A DNA stretch of 51,768 nt. It comes from a virus. The notes under the pieces were generated by a model. It saw only the letters and a program-made list of their open reading frames with translations. It did no database searches and had not been told where the DNA came from. Positions 1-8,800 of this stretch are shown piece by piece; the stretch's first letter is position 1, and each line of letters starts with the position of its first letter. The stretch spans positions 1 to 51,768 of IMG/VR virus record IMGVR_UViG_3300033480_000002. The stretch is one strand, 5' to 3'. The position numbers were made by a program, and so were the translations under genes.

Positions 1-127
1 CCCCCGGGTGGGTAGTGCTGGTATTGAGGCAAGCCTCTCTCTAAGAACATGCATGTGTCAAGGACCTAAGTCCCGATGGTGCTGTTCTGTGGCCTAGCTC
101 ACATCCTGTGCTGTCTGTATGTGGGCA
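1..127. repeat. Terminal duplication: 1-127 is identical to 51642-51768 (circular-assembly style overlap)
   Basis: Read directly. The opening string cccccgggtgggtagtgctgg... restarts at 51642 and runs to the last base. This implies a circular or circularly permuted unit of 51,641 bp. Confidence 0.95.
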
Positions 128-246
128 TACTGTGTGTATGTCGCTTATGTGTGATGCATGCTGTATGTGTGTTGTTGGCATGGGTGCGTGTGTATTGTGC
201 GTGCTGGGTGTGTGCGTGTGTGTGTATGTAATGGGTATGTAATGGG
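105..246. repeat. G/T-rich, imperfect (TG)n-like low-complexity tract
   Basis: Runs such as tgtgtgtatgtcgcttatgtgtgatgcatgctgtatgtgtgttgttgg...gtgtgtgcgtgtgtgtgtatgtaatgggtatgtaatggg. Strong strand asymmetry, no ORF, nothing similar elsewhere in the window. Confidence 0.85.
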
Positions 247-353
247 ATAGTCAGCAGCTATTCTTTATTTATTTAAAGAATGCACGAAGAATGGGCATGA
301 TGCGTGCCCATACGTAGTAGAACATTGCATTAGTAGCATGATCTTGTGCAATT

Positions 354-369
354 GCGAAAGCGCTGATAT
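354..369. repeat. Exact 16-mer gcgaaagcgctgatat, second copy at 28299-28314 (operator-like)
   Basis: Identical 16 nt in the same orientation at both loci, with an AGCGCT palindromic core. Immediately preceded by tgcaattgcga (347-357), which resembles tgcacttgcga at 28428-28438. Confidence 0.8.
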
Positions 370-428
370 CGCACCATACACTGCTATGATCATGGGAGAG
401 CGCTTACCGCGCTGAATGTTCAACAATG

Positions 429-460
429 CATTCTTTTGAAAGCGCTTTCCATTCTTTTGA
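429..460. repeat. Direct repeat cattcttttga x2 (429-439, 450-460) flanking palindrome GAAAGCGCTTTC (438-449)
   Basis: Read directly. The two 11-mers are spaced 21 bp start to start. The GAAAGCGCT core recurs in the 16-mer at 354 and at 28299. Confidence 0.75.
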
Positions 461-669
461 CCCGCCCCATGTTAAATCCGGCCCCCTACCCCCCCGGCTA
501 CTATCCCCTCCCTGATTTTCCCCAGGTAGTAGTCGCCCCCTATACAGAGAGTAAATGTGACGAACATCACACAGGGGTATACCAGGGCATAAACGGGCAC
601 AACGGGCGGATGTGACAAAGAGGGGGTGCCGAATCGGCTGATTCGGCGACGGATATAATAAGTAGAGGG

Positions 670-784
670 TAGTTACTAGCTGAGCCCTGAGCCCCTCAAG
701 GGCGAAGGGCGAAGCGAGTGGCTCAGGTCTGATGGACCTGAGCCCCGAAGCCCCAAGCGGAGGGGCTCAGGGCTCTAGTAACTA
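670..784. repeat. Compound imperfect palindrome (about 115 bp)
   Basis: Outer arms are TAGTTACTAG(CTG)AGCCCTGAGCCCCTC and GAGGGGCTCAGGGCTCTAGTAACTA. Inner hairpin is GCTCAGGTC-tgatg-GACCTGAGC. Non-pairing middles carry GGGCGAAG x2 versus CCCCGAAG/CCCCAAG. Flanked by A+T-rich DNA. Confidence 0.85.
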
Positions 785-845
785 ATATATTAACTAACTT
801 ATTAAGAATACTATATTACTCAGCTAGCTGTGCCCGCCGAAGGGT

Positions 846-877
846 ATTCTCCAGCCATTAATTGATGGCTGGAGAAT
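846..877. repeat. Palindrome ATTCTCCAGCCAT-taattg-ATGGCTGGAGAAT
   Basis: Perfect 13-bp arms with a 6-bp spacer. Could be a dimeric protein site or a hairpin. Lies in the gene-free region upstream of the terminase side. Confidence 0.85.
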
Positions 878-910
878 GTTTCACTAGCTAATAAAACTAG
901 CTGGTAATGA

Positions 911-958
911 AATAAAACAGCTACTCAGTAGGTCCACCGGGTGCTTGCCCGGCGGACC
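911..958 (-). terminator. Candidate intrinsic terminator of the leftward HTH transcript
   Basis: Hairpin GGTCCACCGGG-tgcttg-CCCGGCGGACC (931-958). On the minus strand it is followed by the T-rich run TACTGAGTAGCTGTTTTATTTCATT. Confidence 0.55.
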
Positions 959-1124
959 CCTTGCCACCGCTGCCTTTCTTTTTCCGCTGTTTGCGCTCTT
1001 CTTCTCTTCTTTTAGCTCTCGCTGAAAGTGGTCTATCTGCATAATCGTATTTGCTTGTCGCTGCCCTCGGAACGAGGCCAGCTCCACGGCCGTAGGCTCC
1101 CCATCTGTTCCGCAGCACTCCCAT
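921..1124 (-). CDS. Small basic ORF (67 aa), uncertain
   Basis: ATG lies 5 nt after the stop of the HTH gene. Lys/Arg/Gly-rich tail (KRREEERKQRKKKGSGGKG). No clear SD. The 3' end overlaps the 931-958 hairpin. Confidence 0.25.
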   Translation of the reverse strand: MGVLRNRWGAYGRGAGLVPRAATSKYDYADRPLSARAKRREEERKQRKKKGSGGKGSAGQAPGGPTE

Positions 1125-1129
1125 GGCGA

Positions 1130-1441
1130 TCAGTCCGTGACCGGCGGGAGTCCGGCGAGGATGTTCCGCCGGTAGGGCACCAGGTGCACCGCCTCGACCT
1201 CGCCCGGCTGGGCGACCCAGCCGCAGAGGAAGTCGAGCGGGATGTCCAACCCCGTGGCAATCAGATCCCCCTGCCACAGGCCGCACCTGCGGCCGTCAAG
1301 GATCTCCGTCAGGGACCGGATGTGGAGTCCGGTCAGCTCTGCGAGTTCACCGAACTCGATCCCCCGAGCATGCATGAGGATCCGTGCTGCTCGCGCGAAA
1401 CCAAGATTGAACACTTCGACGTCACTCATCTTTCCCATCAT
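1130..1441 (-). CDS. XRE-family helix-turn-helix DNA-binding protein
   Basis: Trimmed from track ORF 1130..1882, whose upstream part overlaps the terminase. FARAARILMHARGIEFGELAELTGLHIRSLTEILDGRR fits the XRE HTH. SD-like GAAAGGGG precedes MMGKMSD. Confidence 0.7.
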   Translation of the reverse strand: MMGKMSDVEVFNLGFARAARILMHARGIEFGELAELTGLHIRSLTEILDGRRCGLWQGDLIATGLDIPLDFLCGWVAQPGEVEAVHLVPYRRNILAGLPPVTD

Positions 1442-1489
1442 TAGCCCCTTTCGGCAGTCCACAACTTGACAATACCACAGGGAGGGCAT

Positions 1490-3376
1490 ATGCCGGTCCT
1501 TGGTGGCATAGGTCAGGATGAGGCTAAAAAGCGCGTCATTGAGTATATTCGCCAGGGTATGACCGTTAGGGATGCAACTGCGAAGGTCTCCCGCACGGTC
1601 AAAACTTACGAGGCGTGGCGCTGGGAAGATCCCGAGTTTAAGCGAATTGTGAATGAGATCCGCGCTATCAGGCGCGGGGCAATGAAAAGAGGAATTGACG
1701 AAGAGGCTTGCCATCTCAGCTTTGCTGAATGGCGGAAGAAATTCCTTGACCAGGATACCTATCCACATCAACAGATGTGGATTGATGTATTGGAGGGGCG
1801 AGAGCCCGAGCTTACCCGCAAGGGCATTCTCTATGAACCCGGCCGAAAGAATCGGGTTTTGATCAATACCCCTCCCTATCATGCGAAATCTGCGACGATT
1901 ACCGTTCAGTATATTACATACCGGATCTGCCTCAATCCACAGATCAGGGTTCTCCTGGTTTCAAAGACCCAGGAGCTAGCAAAGCAGTTCCTTTACTCGA
2001 TCAAAAAGCTATTGACGGATCCTCAGTATTTGGAACTGCAAAAGGCTTACGCGCCATCCGCCGAGGGTTTCAAGGGTGATGTCTGGACGGCTAGCCGGAT
2101 TTATGTTGCTGGCCGAGATGGGGCTGAGTCTGACCCCACCGTGCAGGCTCTCGGCCTCCAAGGACACATCTACGGTCGCCGTAGCGACCTCATCATCCTT
2201 GACGATGTTTGTACCCTGGACAACGCGCACAACTACGAGAAGCAGATGACCTGGTTGAACCAGGAGGTTGCCTCTCGGGCGAAGGACGGCAAGATCCTCG
2301 TCGTCGGGACGAGGGTCGCCCCGGTGGACATCTACAGCGAGTTGCGCAATCCCGATAACTACATCTCCAACAAGTCGCCCTGGACCTATCTCGGTCAGCC
2401 TGCGGTACTGGAATTCGCCGAGAAGGCGACGGACTGGGTTACCCTGTGGCCGAAGTCCAACATGCCGTTGGATGAGGAATTTGCCGGCGAGCCCGACGAG
2501 GACGGCCTGTACCCCGCGTGGGATGGCCCAGCTCTCGATGAGATCCGAAACTCGGTCAAGGCCAACACGTGGGCCTTGATCTACATGCAGCAGGCCATTT
2601 CCGAGGATGCCGTCTTTAATCCGATCTGCGTGCAGGGTTCTGTTGAGGGCCGCCGCAAGCCTGGCCCTCTGCGAGCTGGAGCCTGGGGCCACCCGAGGAA
2701 TGGGCCCGAGGGGCAGTATGTCATCGGTTCTATCGACCCCGCCGCAACTGGGGATGCTTTCATTCTGATCTATTCCGTCGACCGGCAGGCCAACACGCGC
2801 CGGGTACTGAACTGTTGGACCAGATGCAACACGATCCCCAGTTGGTACGCGGAGCAGATTGAGACGCTGACTCAGATATTTGGCGTCAATGAATGGGTGA
2901 TCGAGCAAAACGCTTATGCCAACTGGCTGATCTATGATGAACGTATTGTTGACTGGTGTCGTAATCACGGTGTGAAGATTACGCCGCACTACACCTCCCG
3001 GAACAAGCTCGATCCCGATTTTGGCGTTGCTAGTGTTGCCCCGCTTTTCGGGACCATCAAGCGACATGTGGACGGGGGACGCCCTATCCACGCCAAAGAC
3101 AACCTGATCGAACTGCCGGACCCGAATCAGTCCGAGGGCGTACGGGCGCTCATGGAGCAACTCATTGTCTGGATTCCCAACAGACGTGGAAAAGACCTGA
3201 AGCAGGATGGCCCCATGGCCCTGTGGTTCGCCGAGCTGCGAGCCAGGGAGGTGCTCGGTTTTGGGCAGCGGAAGAGGCTGCACTATATGGATAACAAGTA
3301 TCTCTCGTCGCGCGACAAGGAACAGCGCGTCGTGATTCCTATGAGCGCGTATCGGCTCGCTGCGGCCGGGGGGTGA
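1490..3376 (+). CDS. terL: Terminase large subunit with N-terminal HTH extension
   Basis: P-loop-like PPYHAKSAT, Walker B DLIILDD, coupling motif VVGTR, nuclease Asp in IGSIDPAATGDAF. The first ~90 aa (EAKKRVIEYIRQGMTVRDATAKVSRTVKTYEAWR) look like a small-terminase-type HTH. ATG at 1490 follows GGGAGGG; the track start at 1466 is TTG. Confidence 0.85.
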   Translation: MPVLGGIGQDEAKKRVIEYIRQGMTVRDATAKVSRTVKTYEAWRWEDPEFKRIVNEIRAIRRGAMKRGIDEEACHLSFAEWRKKFLDQDTYPHQQMWIDVLEGREPELTRKGILYEPGRKNRVLINTPPYHAKSATITVQYITYRICLNPQIRVLLVSKTQELAKQFLYSIKKLLTDPQYLELQKAYAPSAEGFKGDVWTASRIYVAGRDGAESDPTVQALGLQGHIYGRRSDLIILDDVCTLDNAHNYEKQMTWLNQEVASRAKDGKILVVGTRVAPVDIYSELRNPDNYISNKSPWTYLGQPAVLEFAEKATDWVTLWPKSNMPLDEEFAGEPDEDGLYPAWDGPALDEIRNSVKANTWALIYMQQAISEDAVFNPICVQGSVEGRRKPGPLRAGAWGHPRNGPEGQYVIGSIDPAATGDAFILIYSVDRQANTRRVLNCWTRCNTIPSWYAEQIETLTQIFGVNEWVIEQNAYANWLIYDERIVDWCRNHGVKITPHYTSRNKLDPDFGVASVAPLFGTIKRHVDGGRPIHAKDNLIELPDPNQSEGVRALMEQLIVWIPNRRGKDLKQDGPMALWFAELRAREVLGFGQRKRLHYMDNKYLSSRDKEQRVVIPMSAYRLAAAGG

Positions 3377-3377
3377 A

Positions 3378-5171
3378 ATGGATTCTGACTACCTCGGCGA
3401 TGTCATCCATCGTGTAGAAGCCCTCCGTCAGCGACACCGCGAACGGGATATGCGCCACCGTGAGATCCAGGCGATCCGGCGGGGCAACTTCGAGGCTATC
3501 TGGCCCGACGCATTCTCGGACGTCTTCCAGCGTCCGATCGTTGCCAATCTCATCGACACGGCCGCGCGAGACGCGGCAGCCATGCTGGCGCCCTTGCCGA
3601 GCTTCAACTGTTCGGCTGCCACTATGCTTACGGATGTTGCAAAGAAGTTCGCGGACAAGCGATCGAAGATCGCCAATAATTACATCAACTCTTCTGACCT
3701 CCAGTGGCAGATGAACAATCGTGGGGCCGATCAGCTCATCTCGTATGGCTTGCTCGTCCTGGCCATCGAGCCTGATTTCGCATCCCAGACTCCATGGATG
3801 CATGTCGAGGATGCCGTACAGGCATATCCGGTAATCGACATGAAGGGCAACACGAAAGAGTTCGCTCGTGCTTGGCGGGCTGACTGGTTCCAGCTAGAGG
3901 CTGACTACCCAGAGATGGGGCGCCTTCGCTCTCGGGACAATACATTCTTCCGTAAGCCTGACGTCACCATTAAGGTTGATGTAGTCAAATACACCGACCA
4001 GAACCGCATCTGTCTTTACCTTCCTCAGTACAAGAATTTCATTCTTGAGGATCTTGCCAATCCGCTCGGGGATTGCCCGTACATCTGCGTGCAGCGACCG
4101 GGTATCGATGACGAACAGCGCGGCGCGTACGATGACGTTATCTGGGTGCAACTCGCCAGGCATCGCCTCCAGGCGCTCCTGATCGAGGGCACAGAGAAGG
4201 CAGTCCGCGCTCCGATGGTCGTGCCGCCGGATGTGGATGATCTTGCTCTCGGTCCCGATGGGGTAATCCACACAAACGCTGGCGCGGCGGCAGTTGGCAG
4301 AGCCAGGCTGGATATGCCATCTCAGGCATTCGGCGCCGTAGAGGCGCTCAAGCAAGAGCAGATGCTAGGCGCTATGTCACCCGAATCCCGCTCGGGGCAA
4401 ATGGAAGCCTCCGTCATTACCGGTCGCGGGGCGCAGCAACTCATGGCTGCGTTCTCATCCCAGCAGGTTTCCTTGCAGACGACTTTGGCTTTCGCCTACA
4501 AGAGAGCCATCGAGAAGTGCTTTGACATGGATGAGAGGCTATGGCCTGATGTCGAAAAGGAAGTCCGGGGTCAAGATGCGGGTGTTCCCTACAGCATTCG
4601 CTACCGTCCCAGTCGTGACATCAAGGGCGATCATACAGTGGATGTTAGCTATGGGTTTGCGGCTGGCCTCGATCCCAACCGTTCCCTGGTATTCCTGCTC
4701 CAGGTGCACGGCGCAGGCGGGATCAGCACGGATTACCTGCGTCGCAACCTGCCCGTAGGAATCAATGCTGCGGAAGAGGAAAGCAAGATCACTGTCGAGC
4801 AGTCCCGCTCTGCGATCGTCCAGGGATTTATCGCTCTAGCGCAGGCAATTCCCCAGCTCGCGGCTGCTGGTCAAGACCCAACACAAATCATCGACCAGAC
4901 TGCCGCATTTATTGAGAAGCTCCAAGAGGGCCTCTCTCCAGAAAAGGCAGCTCGTGCTGCCCTGGCCCCGCCACCCCAGGTTCAGGCTCCCAGCTCTCCC
5001 TCTCTAGCTGGTGGTGAGCCGCCTGGGGTGGTGGGCGGGCCGGAAGCCCCTCCGGGCTTACCTGCCCCTGAGGAAGGTCGCCCAGACCTGCAAATGCTCA
5101 TGGCTGGCCTGGGTGCCGGGGGAAGTCCTCAGCTCTCTGCGTCAGTAAGCAGAATGCTCCCGACTGGCTAG
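3378..5171 (+). CDS. Portal protein (candidate)
   Basis: 597 aa, starts 1 nt after the terL stop. Position and size are typical of a portal. Pro/Gly/Ala-rich C-terminal tail. No diagnostic motif could be verified by eye. Confidence 0.65.
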   Translation: MDSDYLGDVIHRVEALRQRHRERDMRHREIQAIRRGNFEAIWPDAFSDVFQRPIVANLIDTAARDAAAMLAPLPSFNCSAATMLTDVAKKFADKRSKIANNYINSSDLQWQMNNRGADQLISYGLLVLAIEPDFASQTPWMHVEDAVQAYPVIDMKGNTKEFARAWRADWFQLEADYPEMGRLRSRDNTFFRKPDVTIKVDVVKYTDQNRICLYLPQYKNFILEDLANPLGDCPYICVQRPGIDDEQRGAYDDVIWVQLARHRLQALLIEGTEKAVRAPMVVPPDVDDLALGPDGVIHTNAGAAAVGRARLDMPSQAFGAVEALKQEQMLGAMSPESRSGQMEASVITGRGAQQLMAAFSSQQVSLQTTLAFAYKRAIEKCFDMDERLWPDVEKEVRGQDAGVPYSIRYRPSRDIKGDHTVDVSYGFAAGLDPNRSLVFLLQVHGAGGISTDYLRRNLPVGINAAEEESKITVEQSRSAIVQGFIALAQAIPQLAAAGQDPTQIIDQTAAFIEKLQEGLSPEKAARAALAPPPQVQAPSSPSLAGGEPPGVVGGPEAPPGLPAPEEGRPDLQMLMAGLGAGGSPQLSASVSRMLPTG

Positions 5172-5419
5172 CCTGACGGTCTGGAGTTTTTGATCCATCC
5201 GGGGATGTGTTCTTTGTTTCTTTCTGCCCATGCCATCACATCGGCAGGTTTAAAGATACGCACATTCCCCTTTCTCCCCTGGTCGCGCAGGTAGCCCGCC
5301 TTGCCCAGATTGCAGATCGTCTGCCTTGAAACTCGACGTCCGATTACCGACGAAATGTATTCCGCGGCCTCTGTAGTTCCCCACATCTCGCCGGACCCCG
5401 GCGACGCAGATTGAGCCAT
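5168..5419 (-). CDS. Excisionase/MerR-like (HTH_17-type) DNA-binding protein, opposite strand to the virion operon
   Basis: TTEAAEYISSVIGRRVSRQTICNLGKAGYLRDQGRKGNVRIFKPADVMAWAERN matches the Xis/AlpA-type winged HTH pattern. The ORF exactly fills the 262-nt gap between the plus-strand genes. No good SD, so the start is uncertain (5419 or 5386). Confidence 0.6.
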   Translation of the reverse strand: MAQSASPGSGEMWGTTEAAEYISSVIGRRVSRQTICNLGKAGYLRDQGRKGNVRIFKPADVMAWAERNKEHIPGWIKNSRPSG

Positions 5420-5433
5420 AGAAGGATTTTAAC

Positions 5434-5859
5434 ATGCCCGACGGACGCGGGGGCTACAGACGCCCCAGTAACCCAGCCCCCGTCTCCGGACCGGGCGCGC
5501 ACTCTCGCCGCACCGATGGGGGGGCGATGGATCTACCAGATGCCGCATATGGTGAGAACAAGGCATTTCAGGAAATTCAGCAGGGTGCCCCACTGAAGCC
5601 CGCCTCCTCGGCGGGATCAATGCCGCAGATCACTCCACTTAGTGCATCGAGCACACAACCGGATGTTCCCGTCACGGACGGGTCTGCGTATGGACCTGGT
5701 GCAGGGATGGAAGCCATCACCTCCGGCCAGACCCCGAATCAGGAAGACAGCGAGCATCTCAGGAAATACCTACCCCTACTTATCGACATTGCGCAGAAAG
5801 ACAACACGCCACCTGCCACGAGGCGCTGGGTGCGAACCATTATTGCCAATATCTCCTAG
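5434..5859 (+). CDS. Hypothetical virion-module protein (141 aa)
   Basis: SD GAAGGA lies 7 nt upstream. Tightly packed in the late operon. Pro/Gly/Ser-rich N-terminal half. Confidence 0.7.
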   Translation: MPDGRGGYRRPSNPAPVSGPGAHSRRTDGGAMDLPDAAYGENKAFQEIQQGAPLKPASSAGSMPQITPLSASSTQPDVPVTDGSAYGPGAGMEAITSGQTPNQEDSEHLRKYLPLLIDIAQKDNTPPATRRWVRTIIANIS

Positions 5860-5868
5860 GGGGAATCC

Positions 5869-8800
5869 ATGAGTTTCTGGTCCCGTGTGGGAGATGCTTT
5901 TGACTGGATGGGTGATCGCGTAGGGGACGCCTGGGCTTTCGCCGAGAAGGATCTTGACAAGACTGCTGCTGGATTCGCTAAGACTTGGCGCGAGGAGCAG
6001 GAGATAAATCCTGCCGCCAAGTGGGGATGGCAATACGGTCTGGAGCCGACCCTCAATGCTCTAAATACTGTCACTAGTGCGGTAAACCGTGGTCTCTCGA
6101 CAGCCAACCAGGTCTTCCTTGCACCTCAGGAAGAGGGGCAACCTTATGGGGAATGGTTGGGGCGGGCCTTCCAGGGTGAGGAATGGAAAGAGGCGTGGGG
6201 TCGGACTGGCGACGACATCGAAACTGAAGAGGGCCAGCCAGCCGAGGGTATATCTTTTGGGCAGAGTTTCTACACGGGTGTTGGCCCAGGTGTTGGGATG
6301 GATCCGGGCACCGTTAAAGAGCGTGATGACTTCTTCCATCACACCTGGCAGGGGAAGGTTACCTCTGGGGCGGCTGATTTTGCTCTCGCGTGGTATGCCG
6401 ATCCTACCGTCGTTGCCGGTAAGGGAATCAAGGCTGGGCGCCTAGCAGCTACAACAGTCCGAGCTGAGGATGTCGAAGACGCTATCCGGGTTGCCGATAG
6501 CGCCGAGGATTCTCTTGATGCATCTCGGCGCGCTCGTCGCGCGGGCAGCAAGATCCAGAATTTCATCGAGTCGACTGATGGTATGACCTCTGCGGAAATG
6601 ATGCATCTCCCGCAGTTCAAGGCCACATCAAATTCAGCGGTCATGGCTGACCTGTTTGCCGAAGCAAATCGAGTTGATGATGACATTACTCGTCATCAAA
6701 TTAAACGAGATGTATTTGGCGCAGCCCTCGGATCCCATACAAGTCGCGAAAGCCTCAAGGCGAACCAAGAGGCTTTGAGGAGGCGGCTTGATCGGTTTGT
6801 TATGCCGATCGAGAACTCTGAGGCGGAACGCTATTTTCAGATCAATGATCTCGGCGACGCAGAAATGCGCTTCTTTAACAGCCAGGAGAACCTGACTGAG
6901 CTTACCGCTTATACTGATAACATCGAGCGCGAGATCTCCCGCATGCAGGCCGCACTTGATGTCCGCAGTACCTCACGCAAGATCGCTACTGATGTATTAG
7001 AGGGCCAGAAGGTCAAGCGCGAGTTGAACTTCGTGCGCGAGCGTGTTCTCTATTCTGGTCTCGGTGGCCGTCCGGTACGAATCATGGCTGGCGGACCGGG
7101 ATCCTCCATCCCCCATCACATCAACGTGAAGGATGCAGAACAGGGTTACCGCGAGCTGGAGCACAATCTAGCTCGTACTGGTTGGCTTTCCGGTGAGCAG
7201 AAGAGCGACTTTTTGGACCAGTTCCTCGCTGCCTCGGACGCTTCCGAGCGGTCGGTTCTGGTCGAGAAGATCGAAAATACGATGTTCGCTCAGGCTGGCC
7301 AGGCGCATGGTCGTAGCGGAACTGAGATCAGGGCACTTCTTCAGGCTTCCCGTGGCGTTAGGAATACCTGGAAAAATGGCCTAAAGAATCGACTCTACTC
7401 GGCCGCGGAGGACCAGACTGGTCGGCGGCTCGATTATGTTACGACCGTTGGACCAGACGGGGAAGCTCTCGTCTACCCCGCACCGCTACTGCGTACACAG
7501 ATTGAGGATTCAGTCAGCTTTACCGATCCTCGGGCATTGGAATACGCGCTAAAGCGCGCGACCAACAGCCGATGGCTAGAGAGCCTGACTGGCCTAATGA
7601 CTGGCCAGAGTGACAAGGCTATCAGGGGTGCAGCCCGAGTCCAGGATATCGCAAGTTATGGAAATGACCTGGCACGGTCCATGGCTAACAGCGCCCTGAG
7701 TATGTGGAAGTTCATGGCTTTGGCTCGCGTTGCCTACCCAATGCGTATCCAGGTGGATACGCAGCTTCGTACCCTTGCTGCCCTCGGGGGGCTGTCTTAC
7801 ATTTCCTCTGCTGGGCGGGGGGGTAAAAACTGGCTCCTGAACCGTCGGGATCAGTTGATCGGTACTGAAGATCTGCTTGACCTCACAGCCGTCCCTCGTG
7901 CCGACAGGCGAGCTATCGAGCGAGCTGAGCGCGGATTGACACGGGTGGAAGGTCGCCTCAGGGATGCAAGGAAGGCGGGGAGGACCGAAGAGATTCTTCC
8001 TCTCAAGGCGCGCGTTGAGCGCGCCCGGGAACGCCTGGAAGCTGCCAACCAAGTCCGGGTTACACCATCGACCGGCATGAGGCGTACGGATCTTACGAGG
8101 CTAGAGGTGGCACGCACGCCTCGCGGACAGAGGATCGAGTTGCGGCCTGCGGCCGATCTGGCCGAATTGGAGAAGAGGGAGCACCTTCTCTCCACTGACA
8201 ATGCCGTAGCAATGGCCGTGGCTGACGCAACGGATCTCCACCTCGCAACAGCTCGCGGGACCGGAGACTGGGGAATCATCAATGGCGCTCATGAGAATTG
8301 GACGTCGTCTCAGCTTCGTGCGGTAAATCAGCAGATCCGGAATTCCCCTGTTGGCATGAGGGTCCTCACCGATCCTGACGATGCCAGTGTCGCTCGCTGG
8401 ATCCGTTCGGATCCAGCCGCAAGGGAAGAATGGAATATTGTACGCCAGGGGAACCATGATGTTGAAGCGTGGGTTGCCAATGTTAGAGCCCATGTAGAGC
8501 ATCACTTGCCGGATCCAGAACTGCGCGCTTCCATCGCTGAGCGGCGAATGGGGCAGGCCGATATCGAGGCGTATTTCTCTGATGTCGCCGCCCGCCGGGA
8601 CGTCCATGGTGAAAACTACACCCCCTATGGTTCAAACCCGATTACTCAGTGGGCAAACGGAATTCGTACCAAATTCTTCAAGACCGTATCTGATATGCCA
8701 GAGCAGGTCATGGGTAGGCATCCCCTGTACAATGCGCAGTTCCGGAGCCACCTCAGGGATATGGTCGAGAATAGCACCGGAGATAGCCTCAGTGAGGCTG

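Noticed and set aside
105-246. CRISPR array or coding microsatellite in the TG-rich tract; the tandem 15-mers at 39461-39490 as a mini-CRISPR
   Set aside because: There is no repeat-spacer periodicity, no unique spacers and no cas genes. The tract is degenerate low-complexity DNA, and the 15-mers are directly adjacent.
921-1441. XRE gene plus the downstream small basic ORF as a toxin-antitoxin pair
   Set aside because: The 67-aa ORF is low-complexity (Lys/Arg/Gly), lacks an SD and overlaps a terminator hairpin. There is no toxin-like fold signature, so the evidence is insufficient.
1442-1882. N-terminal extension of track ORF 1130..1882 (250 aa)
   Set aside because: The extension overlaps the terminase coding region on the opposite strand. 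The XRE domain starts at the internal MMGKMSD, which has an SD, so the gene was trimmed to 1130..1441.
2009-3283. 424-aa antisense ORF inside the terminase gene; similar cases at 9532..10545, 18903..19658, 7594..8052, 7851..8282 and 8101..8607
   Set aside because: These are shadow ORFs typical of high-GC coding regions. The sense-strand products carry clear motifs (terminase, capsid-module proteins), whereas the antisense products are Arg/Pro/Gly-rich and junk-like.
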